Source: an uncultured Alphaproteobacteria bacterium
GTDB taxonomy: Bacteria; Pseudomonadota; Alphaproteobacteria; SP197
Length of the DNA: 60,823 nucleotides
Direction of reading: 5' to 3'
Assembly (NCBI GenBank): GCA_938048755.1
Contig: CALIUG010000218.1
Coordinates: forward strand, 1-60,823
Of the stretch, positions 38,223-48,006 are shown piece by piece (position 1 is the stretch's first letter; each line of letters opens with the position of its first letter). The translations under genes were made by a program, and so were the position numbers. The notes below the pieces were generated by a model. That model ran no database searches. It had not been told where the DNA came from and worked only from the letters and a program-made list of their open reading frames with translations.

Positions 38223-39369
38223 GGTCGATCCAGGTGCAAAGGCGTTCGGCACTGTACTGCGCACCATGAAGGTCAATCAGATCGCTTGAAAGCGGTGACA
38301 GGTCAAAGGCAGCGTCGACGGCCTGTGCCAGCGACCGGGGCGCAAGATCAACCTCATCAAGCACCATGACCGCGCCCATGGCGGCAAGCCTTCTGGCCCG
38401 TTCTGTCTGCTCGGTCTCACCCTCGCCGACATAGGGCACAATCACGGCCCGGGCGCGTGCGGCGATCAAATCGGTGATCGTGTTGTAGCCGCCCTGTGAA
38501 ACCGACACGGCGCAACGCGCCAGAAGGTCACGGAAATCGGCACGGTTGTTTTCAACGATGATGCCTGGCTCGGTGTCTCTGACGGTCGGCTCGCCGGGCA
38601 GGCGGGCATGGGGTTCGCCCGAAAGCAGTCGCCAGGTCCGGTTGGCTGCGTGTTCCGAGAGCGGGCGTGCCTGTTTCGCCGCTTCCAGCAGCGCCGTACC
38701 GGTCGTGCCGCTGCCTGCCGAAACGATGACCTCACCGTCACCATCGCCCGTCATGTCCTCGGGTAATGTCCAGTCGGCGGCAATATAGCCGGTATGGACC
38801 AGGCGCTGGCCCAGGGCGGCGGCGTGCGGAAAGGTCTCACCGAAGCCGACCAGGCGCGGATCGCCGTGCACCAGGATGTGGTCGTACCGTTCCTGCGCCA
38901 GCGCCAGCATCGTGTCGAACCGTTCGGGCTTCGACGGCTGCTGGAGGATATCGCGCACCGATGAGACCGTGACGGGCGGGCGCGCCAGATCATCGGCGCG
39001 GTCCAGAAGACCAAGCACTTCGTGGCGCAACTGGCGGCGGCCGAAGGGAAAGGTCTCGGTGACCAGAGCCGCAGGCTGCAGGGCCTCCAGCAAGTCGCTC
39101 AGGCGTGCCCGGCGTTCCGCCATCAGCGCCTCGCCGGAGGGAACACCCTGTTGATCCACAAGGCTGGAAAATCCTTCGTCGGCGGCGCGCAGGGCGGGTA
39201 GCTGAACCAGGCGCGCATCACCAAGGTCCAGGTTCGAAAGAGGAAAGCCGCCCGACGCCACCACGGCGTCCACGCCACGGGCTGCCAGCGCGCGGGCGAT
39301 CGCTGCGGTGCGGCGCAGATGGCCGCTGCCCAACAGGTGTTGCACCCAGAACAGAACGACAGGTCTCAT
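38215..39369 (-). CDS. GT-B glycosyltransferase (GT28 C-terminal-like)
   Basis: QHLLGSGHLRR, VSQGGYNT, ETEQTERA. Confidence 0.85.
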   Translation of the reverse strand: MRPVVLFWVQHLLGSGHLRRTAAIARALAARGVDAVVASGGFPLSNLDLGDARLVQLPALRAADEGFSSLVDQQGVPSGEALMAERRARLSDLLEALQPAALVTETFPFGRRQLRHEVLGLLDRADDLARPPVTVSSVRDILQQPSKPERFDTMLALAQERYDHILVHGDPRLVGFGETFPHAAALGQRLVHTGYIAADWTLPEDMTGDGDGEVIVSAGSGTTGTALLEAAKQARPLSEHAANRTWRLLSGEPHARLPGEPTVRDTEPGIIVENNRADFRDLLARCAVSVSQGGYNTITDLIAARARAVIVPYVGEGETEQTERARRLAAMGAVMVLDEVDLAPRSLAQAVDAAFDLSPLSSDLIDLHGAQYSAERLCTWIDHV

Positions 39370-39962
39370 GACGGCGGCCCCAACCGATGCACGGCCGGTT
39401 CGCCCAGAGACGGTGACCCGTCTTGCCGCAGTTCCAGCATCAGCGCGCCGTCACGGGGCAGTTTCAGGGGCGGTGGGCCCATCATGTCCCAACCGGTAGC
39501 GAGCGTCAGGGCCACGCGCATCACGCCGCGGTGGGTCACTACCAGCGTATCGGTTCCCGCCCGGGCAACATCGGTCAGAAACCGCGCCAGCCGTCCGGCC
39601 ACCTCGCGGGGGCTCTCGCCACCATCGGGGCGGAAATCGAGGCCCCGGGCCTCGTTGGCGGCCATCGTCGCGCCACCGCGGCTGCGCAGGGCAGGCAGAG
39701 TTTCCCCCGCCCAGCTTCCCCAATCCATCTCGATCAGGCGTGCGTCGCTGCGGCCATGGTCCAGACCCAGAAGCCTGGCGGTATCGCGGGTGCGTTGCAG
39801 GGGGCTGGTCACGACGTCCCAGGATTGCCAGTCCCTGGGTACCCGCCAGTCCGCGACCATGCGCCTGCCGGCTTCGGACAGGGGCGTGTCGGTGCGGCCT
39901 TGAATGCGGCCTGCCTCGTTCCAGGTCGTGGGCGCGTGGCGGATCATGGCAAGCCGGGTCAT
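39366..39962 (-). CDS. Histidine phosphatase family protein
   Basis: IRHAPT, TSPLQR, LIEMDWG, VTHRG. Confidence 0.88.
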   Translation of the reverse strand: MTRLAMIRHAPTTWNEAGRIQGRTDTPLSEAGRRMVADWRVPRDWQSWDVVTSPLQRTRDTARLLGLDHGRSDARLIEMDWGSWAGETLPALRSRGGATMAANEARGLDFRPDGGESPREVAGRLARFLTDVARAGTDTLVVTHRGVMRVALTLATGWDMMGPPPLKLPRDGALMLELRQDGSPSLGEPAVHRLGPPS

Positions 39963-41077
39963 CGGCTGTGCCTTGCCAGCGTGATCGCGCGATCCAGCGC
40001 CAGAGCGGCACTGGCCATGCTGTGGCGCACCGCGACATGATCGGCGGCTGCCGCACCCATGGCGGCGCGGCGCAGGGGGTCATCGATCAGGCGTTGCACG
40101 CCCGCAGCAAAGGCCCCTGGGTCACCTTCCTTCACCAACAGCGCGGTCTTGCCGTCCCGGGCAATCTCGGGAACGCCGCGCGCACGTCCGGCAACCAGGG
40201 GCAGGCCTGCTGCCTGGGCGCCCAGCAGGGCCATGCCATAGGCCTCGTTGATCGCGGGCCACAGGCAGAGGTCACAGCCGACCAGCATGCCCGGAAGGCT
40301 GCGCGGGCTGATCTGTCCGGCAAACCGGGCGCGCCCCTTCAGCAGGGCTTCCACCTCAGCCCGGCAGGGTCCGTCACCGATCACCAGCAGGTCCATGGCC
40401 TCAGGCGCGATGTGTTCCAGGGCCTCGGCCAGGACGCGATAGGACGCCATCTTGTCGCCATCGCGCATCATCGCGACGACCACGGCCAGGGGCCTGTCGG
40501 GTGACACGCCGAACCGTTCCGTCAGACGCCTGCGCGCGGGGCCGGGCTTCTGACGCTGATAAGGTGCAACATCGACAAAGGGGGTCAGGGGTACCAGGCG
40601 TTCACCTGGAATGCCGGCGCGTTTGAGACCGTCGGCATCTTCGGACGTCACGGGCATCAGTGCATCGGCGCGCGCCAGAGCTGCCAGGGAACGGGCATAA
40701 CCATCCGACCAGGCTCCCTTGCGCTGCTTGGGTGCGATCGAGGGTTCGGCCACCACATAGGGAAGCCCCAGGGCGTCGGCCAGGCGCGGACCCAGGTGAT
40801 CCGGCGCCTTGTGATAGAGATGATAGGTGAACCACAGGTCGGGCGGCGCATCGCACCAGCGCTGTTCCAGCCCCTGCGCCTGTTTCAGACCTTCTGCGGC
40901 AATCGCGCCCTGACGATCGCTGTCCCCGGCCTCGTCATAGGCCCGCAGGGTGGAAGCCAGCACGACCTCATGCCCCATGGATTCCAGGGTTTTCACGATC
41001 AGGCGCGCGACCGTGCGGTCGCCGGACGGCACACGATGGGTCGGGGCTTTCAGGGGCGCATAAAAGGCGATCCTCAT
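39959..41077 (-). CDS. GT4-family glycosyltransferase
   Basis: EAYGMALLGAQAAGLP, RGVPEI. Confidence 0.88.
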   Translation of the reverse strand: MRIAFYAPLKAPTHRVPSGDRTVARLIVKTLESMGHEVVLASTLRAYDEAGDSDRQGAIAAEGLKQAQGLEQRWCDAPPDLWFTYHLYHKAPDHLGPRLADALGLPYVVAEPSIAPKQRKGAWSDGYARSLAALARADALMPVTSEDADGLKRAGIPGERLVPLTPFVDVAPYQRQKPGPARRRLTERFGVSPDRPLAVVVAMMRDGDKMASYRVLAEALEHIAPEAMDLLVIGDGPCRAEVEALLKGRARFAGQISPRSLPGMLVGCDLCLWPAINEAYGMALLGAQAAGLPLVAGRARGVPEIARDGKTALLVKEGDPGAFAAGVQRLIDDPLRRAAMGAAAADHVAVRHSMASAALALDRAITLARHSR

Positions 41078-41122
41078 GGCACGGCGTTATCTGACCGGAT
41101 GTTCCAATACATAGTGGCAAGT

Positions 41123-42373
41123 CTAGTTCAGATCGTCCGATAACCCGAATCGCCGCGCCAGATCGTCGATGCCGCCGGTCATGGAAAACTTGGTGCGCAC
41201 GCGCACCTCTCCGGCCTTGCCCAGACGTTCGCGCAAATCAGGATCGGTGATGGCACGCTGCAGGCTTGCCGCCAGTGCCTTCGGGTCACCCGGAGCAGAG
41301 AGCAGGCCGTTGACGTCGTGGGCGATCAGTTCGGGCACGGCGGAAACCTCGGTCGCAACAACGGCAAGACCCTGGCTCTGGGCTTCCATCAAGACGTTGG
41401 GCAGGCCGTCGCGATCACCATCCCCGGCAATCTTGGAGGCCAGCACGAAGAGGTCGCTGGCGTGATAGGCCTGCAGCACTGCCGTCTGGGGTTGGGAGCC
41501 CAGCCACGTGATGCGCTCCGCGATTCCGGCTTTCCGTGCCTGCTCCTGCAGCGCATCACGCAACGCTCCGCCGCCGATATGGGTGAGATGCCAGTGCAGG
41601 TCGCCGGGCAACCGGGCCAGCGCGTCGATCAGGTCGTCATACCCCTTCTTGGGCACGGCGCGCCCGACCGAGACCAGGGCAACCGGGTTGGCAGGATCGC
41701 TGCCGTCGCGCTTCTCCTTCCTTTCCGGGGGTGGCGGCCAGCGTTTCAGATCAAGGCCGTGATAAACCAGAGAGACCCGGTCATCGGGTGCCAGTGCGGC
41801 CAGATGGCCACGGTTGCTTGCGGTGCAGGTGACCAGCCACTGGCAGTCGCCCAGCTTCTCGGAAAGTTCCCAGTCGGGCGAGGTATAGATGTCCTTGGCA
41901 TGGGCCGAGGCGCTCCAGGGCAGGCCCGTCATCATCGCGGCGTAACGGGTCACCGAAGACGGCGTGTGCAGGAAATGGGCGTGGAGCTGGCGCACATGGG
42001 GTGCGGTCTCGCAGGCCAGGACACAGGCCTGACCGAACCGGCGAATGCGGTTGGCGGTGCGGTCACGTTTGAGATCGCGCCACCACTGACGCCATGCCGC
42101 AGCGTAACCGGGCAGGCGCCGGGCCTGCCACCAGGCGCGCAGCACCCGCAGGGGCTCCTGATAGAGGTATTCGGGAAGATAGCTGACCGGTGCGGTGATC
42201 TCGTCATGGACGGGATGGGTTGTCCTGTCCGTGGGATGACGCAGCGAAACGATCCGGATCGGCAGGCCCCGGCGCTGCAGTGCCAGAATCTCCTGGGCAA
42301 TGAAGGTTTCCGAAAGACGCGGGTATCCCTTCAGAATGAACGCAACCGGTGCGTCGCCGTCTGGCGCTGTCAC
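41123..42373 (-). CDS. GT4-family glycosyltransferase
   Basis: YPRLSETFI, HAHF, KKGY, RDGLPNVLMEA. Confidence 0.9.
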   Translation of the reverse strand: MTAPDGDAPVAFILKGYPRLSETFIAQEILALQRRGLPIRIVSLRHPTDRTTHPVHDEITAPVSYLPEYLYQEPLRVLRAWWQARRLPGYAAAWRQWWRDLKRDRTANRIRRFGQACVLACETAPHVRQLHAHFLHTPSSVTRYAAMMTGLPWSASAHAKDIYTSPDWELSEKLGDCQWLVTCTASNRGHLAALAPDDRVSLVYHGLDLKRWPPPPERKEKRDGSDPANPVALVSVGRAVPKKGYDDLIDALARLPGDLHWHLTHIGGGALRDALQEQARKAGIAERITWLGSQPQTAVLQAYHASDLFVLASKIAGDGDRDGLPNVLMEAQSQGLAVVATEVSAVPELIAHDVNGLLSAPGDPKALAASLQRAITDPDLRERLGKAGEVRVRTKFSMTGGIDDLARRFGLSDDLN

Positions 42374-42388
42374 ACCCGCCTCTTGCCG

Positions 42389-43660
42389 TCAGCGGGCTGT
42401 CGTGCGGGTGCCGTTGTCGCCCGCCACGGTCAGCAGGTTCTGGCGTTTTTCCTGGCCCAGCTTCAGGGCGGTGCGTCCTTCGGCCAGATGCATGGCAACC
42501 AGCCGGTTGACGTTCTCAAGGCCGTCCAGCAGCCCGGGAACAACGACCTGGCTGGGCCGGCGTTGCTGCCTGAGCTGACGAATCGCAGTCGCCATGGCCT
42601 CGGGTTTCTCTGCCATGTCCTCGGTCAGCATGGAAACCAGGCCCAGTTCCTGGGCGCGACTGGCGCGGATCAGCTGTTCCATTCGCGGTACCTGGCGCGG
42701 CACGATCAGCGCGGGTTTGTCGAAGGAGAGAATTTCGCAGAACGTGTTGTAGCCGCCCATGGCGACGACGCCTGACGCACGCGCCATCAGGGTTTCCAGA
42801 TGGGCATTGAAAGTAATGGCCGTGACATGGTCCAGTCTGTCGACCCGATCCTGAAACGCAGTCTTGACCTCGGGCTGCATGAACGGGCCAAAGACGATCA
42901 GGGCCGGAATGGTCGGGGCGCGTTTGCACTCATAGGCATTGAGCATCCAGTCGACGAGCAGGTCGCCGTCGCCGCCGCCGCCTGTGGTGACCAGGACAAA
43001 GGGCTCCTCGATGCCGTCGGGCAGTCCGTCATCATGCAGGTTCTGCGGCACGGACCGTTCGAGATAGCCGGTATAGACCATCTTGCGGCGCACCGATTGC
43101 GGCACGTCGATCTCTTCGAGCGGATCGTGGATCTGCGGCAGGCCATAGACCCAGATGTCGTCATAAAGGTCGCGCAGGGCAGGCATTGCTTTCTTGCGCC
43201 GCCATTCGGCCTTCAGCAGGGCGGGATCGTCCATCACGTCGCGCAGACCCAGAATGATGCGGGTGCCGCGTTTCTTGAGCATTTCGATGGTTTCGCGCAT
43301 CTCGCCGCGCAGACCCAGCGGTTCCTTGTCGACCAGCAGAATGTCGGGATCGAAGATATCTGCGGTGTGTTTCATGATCGATTCACGCATCGCCATGGTC
43401 TGGTCGGTATCAAGCAGCAGGTTGAGCGAGGTGTATTCGCCGTTTCGCAGCTTGATGACGCCGGGAACCCGCACGAAATCAACGCGCGCGCGGAAATCGA
43501 AGCTGCCGATGATGGGTGAGCCCGAAAGGATCAGGACGGTCAGATCCTCGACCGATCCCACCATGGAATGCGCGATGGCTCTGCACCGTCGCAGATGTCC
43601 CAGTCCAAAGCTGTCGTGACTGTAAATCAGGACGCGCGGACGCGTTTTTTTGCTGGCCAT
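42389..43660 (-). CDS. GT-B glycosyltransferase, paralog of 38215-39369
   Basis: YSHDSFGLGHLRR, TGGGGDG, AMGGYNT, EQLIRA. Start at ATG 43660. Confidence 0.85.
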   Translation of the reverse strand: MASKKTRPRVLIYSHDSFGLGHLRRCRAIAHSMVGSVEDLTVLILSGSPIIGSFDFRARVDFVRVPGVIKLRNGEYTSLNLLLDTDQTMAMRESIMKHTADIFDPDILLVDKEPLGLRGEMRETIEMLKKRGTRIILGLRDVMDDPALLKAEWRRKKAMPALRDLYDDIWVYGLPQIHDPLEEIDVPQSVRRKMVYTGYLERSVPQNLHDDGLPDGIEEPFVLVTTGGGGDGDLLVDWMLNAYECKRAPTIPALIVFGPFMQPEVKTAFQDRVDRLDHVTAITFNAHLETLMARASGVVAMGGYNTFCEILSFDKPALIVPRQVPRMEQLIRASRAQELGLVSMLTEDMAEKPEAMATAIRQLRQQRRPSQVVVPGLLDGLENVNRLVAMHLAEGRTALKLGQEKRQNLLTVAGDNGTRTTAR

Positions 43661-43808
43661 GGCAGTCCCCGCCGCTTGCCCCTGGAGCAAACTATGACAC
43701 AGCGGGCCATTTCGCGAAAGCGGGGCCGAAAACTGCGCATTCCTCAAACCGTGTTCTTGGGCTAAGGTCGTCGTTCGTTGGGGGTTCTGGGAGTCGCTGT
43801 TCGTCCGC

Positions 43809-46523
43809 ATGGAACGCAGCATCTACAAGTTTATCTTTCGCTTTTCCAAGCGCGAGCAGGTGTTCATCCTTTTGTTCACCGTGCTTTCGCTGCCGTTTTA
43901 CTATGTCTCGCTCGATATCCCCAAACTGATCGTCAACAACGTGCTTTCCGATCAGGTGACCGAGGCTGATGCCTCCGTTGCGAACCTGGATCTGGGCATG
44001 GTTGCCGCAGCCGAAGACATCCGGTCCTTCTCGCTGTTCGGGTATGACATTCTCGATATGGAGCGCCTGACGCTGCTGGGCATCTATTGCGGGATGTTCC
44101 TGGGGCTGGTCCTGATCAACGGTGGCTTCAAGTATTTCATCAACGTCTACAAGGGTCTGCTGGGCGAACGCATGTTGCGCCGGCTGCGCTATCAGCTGTT
44201 CAGCCGCATCATGCGCTTTCCCCTGCCCCATTTCCGCCGGGTCAGTTCCGGTGAGCTGATCCCCATGGTGACCCAGGAGGTCGAACCCCTGGGCGGTTTC
44301 ATCGGGGATGCTCTGGCGCTGCCGTTTTACCAGGGCGGTCTGCTGATCACCGCGCTTATCTTCATCTTCATGCAGGACTTCTGGATGGGGCTTGCCTCAA
44401 TCTCGCTTTATCCCATGCAGGGGTGGCTGATCCCCAAGCTGCAGCGCAAGGTAAACCTGCTGGGCAAGGAGCGCGTGAAGGAAGTGCGCAAGGTCTCCGA
44501 GCGGATTGCCGAGACCGTGCAGTCGGCCGAAGAGATGCACGCCAACGGCATGGCGCGCTGGGAGCTGGCCGAATTCACCTCCCGCATGGGCCGGATCTTT
44601 GAGATTCGCTATGCGATCTACAACAAGAAGTTCTTCATCAAGTTCCTGAACAACTTCCTGGCCCAGCTCACACCGTTTTTCTTCTTTGCCATCGGCGGTT
44701 ACTTCGTCATTCAGGGTTCGCTTTCGCTGGGTGGTCTGGTTGCCGTGCTGGCCGCCTACAAGGATCTCCAGCCGCCCTGGAAGGAACTGCTCAACCACTA
44801 CCAGATCCGCGAGGACGCCAAGATCAAATACGATCAGGTCGTCGCCCAGTTCGCGCCCGCCGGCATGCGCGAAGAGGAGGTCGTCGTCGGCGAGGTGGCG
44901 CCCGAACCCTTCAACGGCGCGCTGACGACGAGCAATCTGCGTTATGACGAGGATGGCGAGGTCCTGATCGACGGCTTCAATGTCGAGATCGCGCCGGGCC
45001 AGCACATCGCTCTGGTCGGTGGGCCAACCAGTTCCAAGGACCGCGCGGTCATGCTGCTCGCGCACCTGCTCGATCCCGCCAGTGGCAAGTTGCGTTACGG
45101 TGATGCCGAAGCCCAGACCATGCCCGAGGTCGTGACGGGCACGCAGATCGGCTTTGTCGGACCAGCCACCTCGCTGTTCTCCGCATCCCTGATGGATAAC
45201 GTGATCTACGGTCTGCGCCAGGCGCCCAGGGCGCCGCGTGATGCCGGTGATGACAAGGCCAGGAAGGAAACGGAACGCCAGTTGTCCGAGGCAGCCAAGA
45301 CCGCCAACAGCGCCGATGATGCCTTCGCAGACTGGATCGATCTGGAGCGGGCAGGTGCGGCCAACCGCGAAGAACTGATCGAAGCGGTGCGCCATGCGCT
45401 TTCCGTCGCTGACATGGAAGACGACGTCTATCAGCTCGGTCTGCGCGGCAGGCTTGACCCTGAAACACGGCCCGAGGCCGCCAAACGTCTTCTGGAAGCG
45501 CGCAGCCTTCTGGAATCGCGCCTGAAGGAAGACAGCTACCGTGGTCTGGTCGAGCCGTTCGACCGGGATGCCTACAACACCAATGCCACGGTCGGTGAAA
45601 ATCTGCTGTTCGGCACGCCAGTGGGCGAGGATTTCGACCTCGATCGCCTGCCCGAGAACGAATATGTCATGAGCGTGCTGGCCAAGGTCGGACTGGTCGA
45701 CGACTTCCTCTCGATCGGTCACGAAGTCGCCCAGACCATGGTTGAACTGTTCGCCGACCTGCCGCCCGACCATGAGTATTTCGGCCAGTTCTCCTTCATC
45801 TCGCTTGATGATCTGCCGGAATTCCAGGCGCTGCTGCGCAAGGTTGAGCGCGACGGTCTGGAAGAGCTTGAAGAGAACGAGCGCCTCATGTTCATGGCGC
45901 TGCCGTTCAAGATGGCGCCTGCCCGGCACCGACTTGGCCTGATCGACAATTCGATGCAGGAGCGTCTGCTGGAGGCACGCCGCGCCTTTGCCGAGGACCT
46001 GCCCGAAGCGCTCAAGGGCTCGGTCGAGTTCTTTGATCACGATCTCTACAACACGGCTTCCTCGCTCCAGGACAACATCCTGTTCGGCAAGCTTGCCTAT
46101 GGCCGTGCCCAGGCCCAGACCAAGATCGGCGAACTGATTTCCGACGTGATCGAAAGCCTGGAGTTGCGCAGCACGGTGGTCGAGGTCGGCCTTGATTTTG
46201 AGGTCGGTATCGGCGGCGCAAGACTGTCCTCGGCACAGCGCCAGAAGACCGCCATTGCCCGTGCTGTTCTCAAACGCCCACAAATGATTGTTCTCAGTGA
46301 GGCAACAGCGGCATTGGATGGGTCGGCCCAGACCACCATATTGAAGAATATCCGGGAAGAGTTCTCTGGCCGTACCGTAATCTGGGCAATGCACCGTCCA
46401 AGCCAGGCCAAGGATTTTGATGAAGTTCTTGTCATGGCCGATGGCAAGATCGTCGAAAAGGGGACGTTCGACGACCTGATGGAGAATAAGGCGGTTCTCG
46501 CGGATCTGATTGGCGCGGAGTAA
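43809..46523 (+). CDS. ABC exporter-type TMD-NBD fusion (904 aa) with a large NBD insertion and degenerate ATPase motifs
   Basis: ABC TMD, Walker A region GGPTSSKD, signature LSSAQRQK, Walker B IVLSEAT, H-loop WAMH. Confidence 0.85.
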   Translation: MERSIYKFIFRFSKREQVFILLFTVLSLPFYYVSLDIPKLIVNNVLSDQVTEADASVANLDLGMVAAAEDIRSFSLFGYDILDMERLTLLGIYCGMFLGLVLINGGFKYFINVYKGLLGERMLRRLRYQLFSRIMRFPLPHFRRVSSGELIPMVTQEVEPLGGFIGDALALPFYQGGLLITALIFIFMQDFWMGLASISLYPMQGWLIPKLQRKVNLLGKERVKEVRKVSERIAETVQSAEEMHANGMARWELAEFTSRMGRIFEIRYAIYNKKFFIKFLNNFLAQLTPFFFFAIGGYFVIQGSLSLGGLVAVLAAYKDLQPPWKELLNHYQIREDAKIKYDQVVAQFAPAGMREEEVVVGEVAPEPFNGALTTSNLRYDEDGEVLIDGFNVEIAPGQHIALVGGPTSSKDRAVMLLAHLLDPASGKLRYGDAEAQTMPEVVTGTQIGFVGPATSLFSASLMDNVIYGLRQAPRAPRDAGDDKARKETERQLSEAAKTANSADDAFADWIDLERAGAANREELIEAVRHALSVADMEDDVYQLGLRGRLDPETRPEAAKRLLEARSLLESRLKEDSYRGLVEPFDRDAYNTNATVGENLLFGTPVGEDFDLDRLPENEYVMSVLAKVGLVDDFLSIGHEVAQTMVELFADLPPDHEYFGQFSFISLDDLPEFQALLRKVERDGLEELEENERLMFMALPFKMAPARHRLGLIDNSMQERLLEARRAFAEDLPEALKGSVEFFDHDLYNTASSLQDNILFGKLAYGRAQAQTKIGELISDVIESLELRSTVVEVGLDFEVGIGGARLSSAQRQKTAIARAVLKRPQMIVLSEATAALDGSAQTTILKNIREEFSGRTVIWAMHRPSQAKDFDEVLVMADGKIVEKGTFDDLMENKAVLADLIGAE

Positions 46524-46547
46524 CACGATGACTACGGAGGCACGGCC

Positions 46548-47000
46548 ATGAGCCTGCAACAAGATGTCGAACTGATGCGCAACATTCCCCTGTTCGCCAA
46601 GATCGAACCCAGCAAGCTGAAGCTGCTGGCGTTCACGGCCGAACGGCTGACCTTTGGCCAGGGCGATCTTGTCTGCAAACAGGGCGATGAAGGTGATTCG
46701 GCCTACATCATCATCGACGGCGAGGCCGACGTCATCGTCGACACCGCCAACGGCGAGGTCACGGTCGCAACGCTGAAGAAGAACGACTTTCTGGGCGAAA
46801 CCGCCATTCTCTGTGACGTGCCGCGTACCGCCACGGTCAAGGCAAGGAGCGATCTTGAGACCCTGATGATTTCCAAGGATCTCTTTTTCCAGCTGGTCGG
46901 CCAGTTCCCGTCCATGTCGATCGAGATCATGCGTGAGCTCGCACGTCGCGTGGAGCGCACCACCGTGCAACTGCGCGAAGCGGTCTCCCAGCAGGCATGA
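46548..47000 (+). CDS. Stand-alone cyclic-nucleotide-binding domain protein
   Basis: QGDEGDSAYII, FLGETAILCDVPRTATV. No HTH. Confidence 0.9.
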   Translation: MSLQQDVELMRNIPLFAKIEPSKLKLLAFTAERLTFGQGDLVCKQGDEGDSAYIIIDGEADVIVDTANGEVTVATLKKNDFLGETAILCDVPRTATVKARSDLETLMISKDLFFQLVGQFPSMSIEIMRELARRVERTTVQLREAVSQQA

Positions 47001-47485
47001 GCCGTCTCGACAGCGTCATCCGCAGGCTGGAGGCCCAGCGTGCCTGTCTGGGCCGTGCTTGCGATCTGATTGCCGATCTTGACGGGCCCGTCCTGGAACT
47101 GGGGCTGGGTAACGGGCGCACTTATGATCACCTGCGTGAGATCCTGCCATCGCGCGCGATCTACTGCTTCGACCGCCAGATTGCCGCGCACCCCGACTGC
47201 ATTCCCGATGACGATCACATGTTTCTGGGTGACCTCAGCGAAACCCTGCCCATGGCCGTGGATCGCCTGGGCCGGAGTGCTGTTCTTGCCCATGTCGATA
47301 TCGGTTCGGGTGATGAAGAGGCCAGCCGCGCCCTGGGTGTCTGGCTGGCCGATGAACTTCCCGCGCTTCTTGCGCCAGGCGCATTGGTGGTGAGCGATCA
47401 GCCGGTGCCGCACGCTGCATGGCAGACCCTGGAGCTGCCCGCCGGCGTGGCTTCGGGACGGTATTTCATGCAGCGGGTTGCCTGA
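46997..47485 (+). CDS. Small class I SAM-dependent methyltransferase-like protein
   Basis: VLELGLGNGRTYDHLR. ATGA overlap with the cNMP gene. Confidence 0.8.
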   Translation: MSRLDSVIRRLEAQRACLGRACDLIADLDGPVLELGLGNGRTYDHLREILPSRAIYCFDRQIAAHPDCIPDDDHMFLGDLSETLPMAVDRLGRSAVLAHVDIGSGDEEASRALGVWLADELPALLAPGALVVSDQPVPHAAWQTLELPAGVASGRYFMQRVA

Positions 47486-47533
47486 TCCCCACTGCCATCA
47501 AAATGCTGTACAATCGGACGTGCTTTGTCAGAG

Positions 47534-47549
47534 TGTGACCACTGTCATA
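47534..47549. promoter_or_regulatory. Possible CRP/Fnr-family palindrome TGTGA-N6-TCATA
   Basis: One mismatch to the CRP consensus, upstream of the Hpt gene. Confidence 0.35.
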
Positions 47550-47603
47550 CCCTGGTCGGCAATGGATGCAGCATCGTGCTGACTGGGATCATGGGATTGA
47601 AAC

Positions 47604-47993
47604 ATGGCCGGTAACGACCGTCCCTCAGGAACCATCATGCCACGGGTTGACCGTGCGGTGCTCGATTCTCTTATCGAGATCATCGGGCAGGAAAGTGTGC
47701 GTGCGTTTCTGGCAGAGTTTCAGGACCTTGCCGCGCAGCAGCGTTTCGCCATTCAGGCAGCCCATGAAGCCGGCGACCTCGAAGCACTCTATCGCGAGGC
47801 GCACAATCTTGTGTCGACTGCCGGTAACCTGGGCATCAAACGCACGTCCGATCTGGCCGATCAGGTCCAGCGCGCGGCGCGCACCCACGATACCAACGCC
47901 CTCGACAAGGCCGTCGAGAGCCTGCTCGTGGAGCTTGATGCCGTGGTCGATGACCTGCCGGGCCTCGTCAAGGCGGCATCGCAGGTCGCCTGA
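47604..47993 (+). CDS. Stand-alone Hpt (histidine phosphotransfer) domain protein
   Basis: REAHNLVSTAGNLG helix with conserved His. Alternative start 47637. Confidence 0.75.
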   Translation: MAGNDRPSGTIMPRVDRAVLDSLIEIIGQESVRAFLAEFQDLAAQQRFAIQAAHEAGDLEALYREAHNLVSTAGNLGIKRTSDLADQVQRAARTHDTNALDKAVESLLVELDAVVDDLPGLVKAASQVA

Positions 47994-48006
47994 TTGGCGA
48001 CCGCCG

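Noticed and set aside
44397-46970. 857-aa antisense ORF, and other long opposite-strand ORFs (e.g. 27509-29203, 54726-56309, 57092-58627, 50633-51922)
   Set aside because: Shadow ORFs opposite well-supported genes. Common in high-GC DNA and carry no recognisable motifs.
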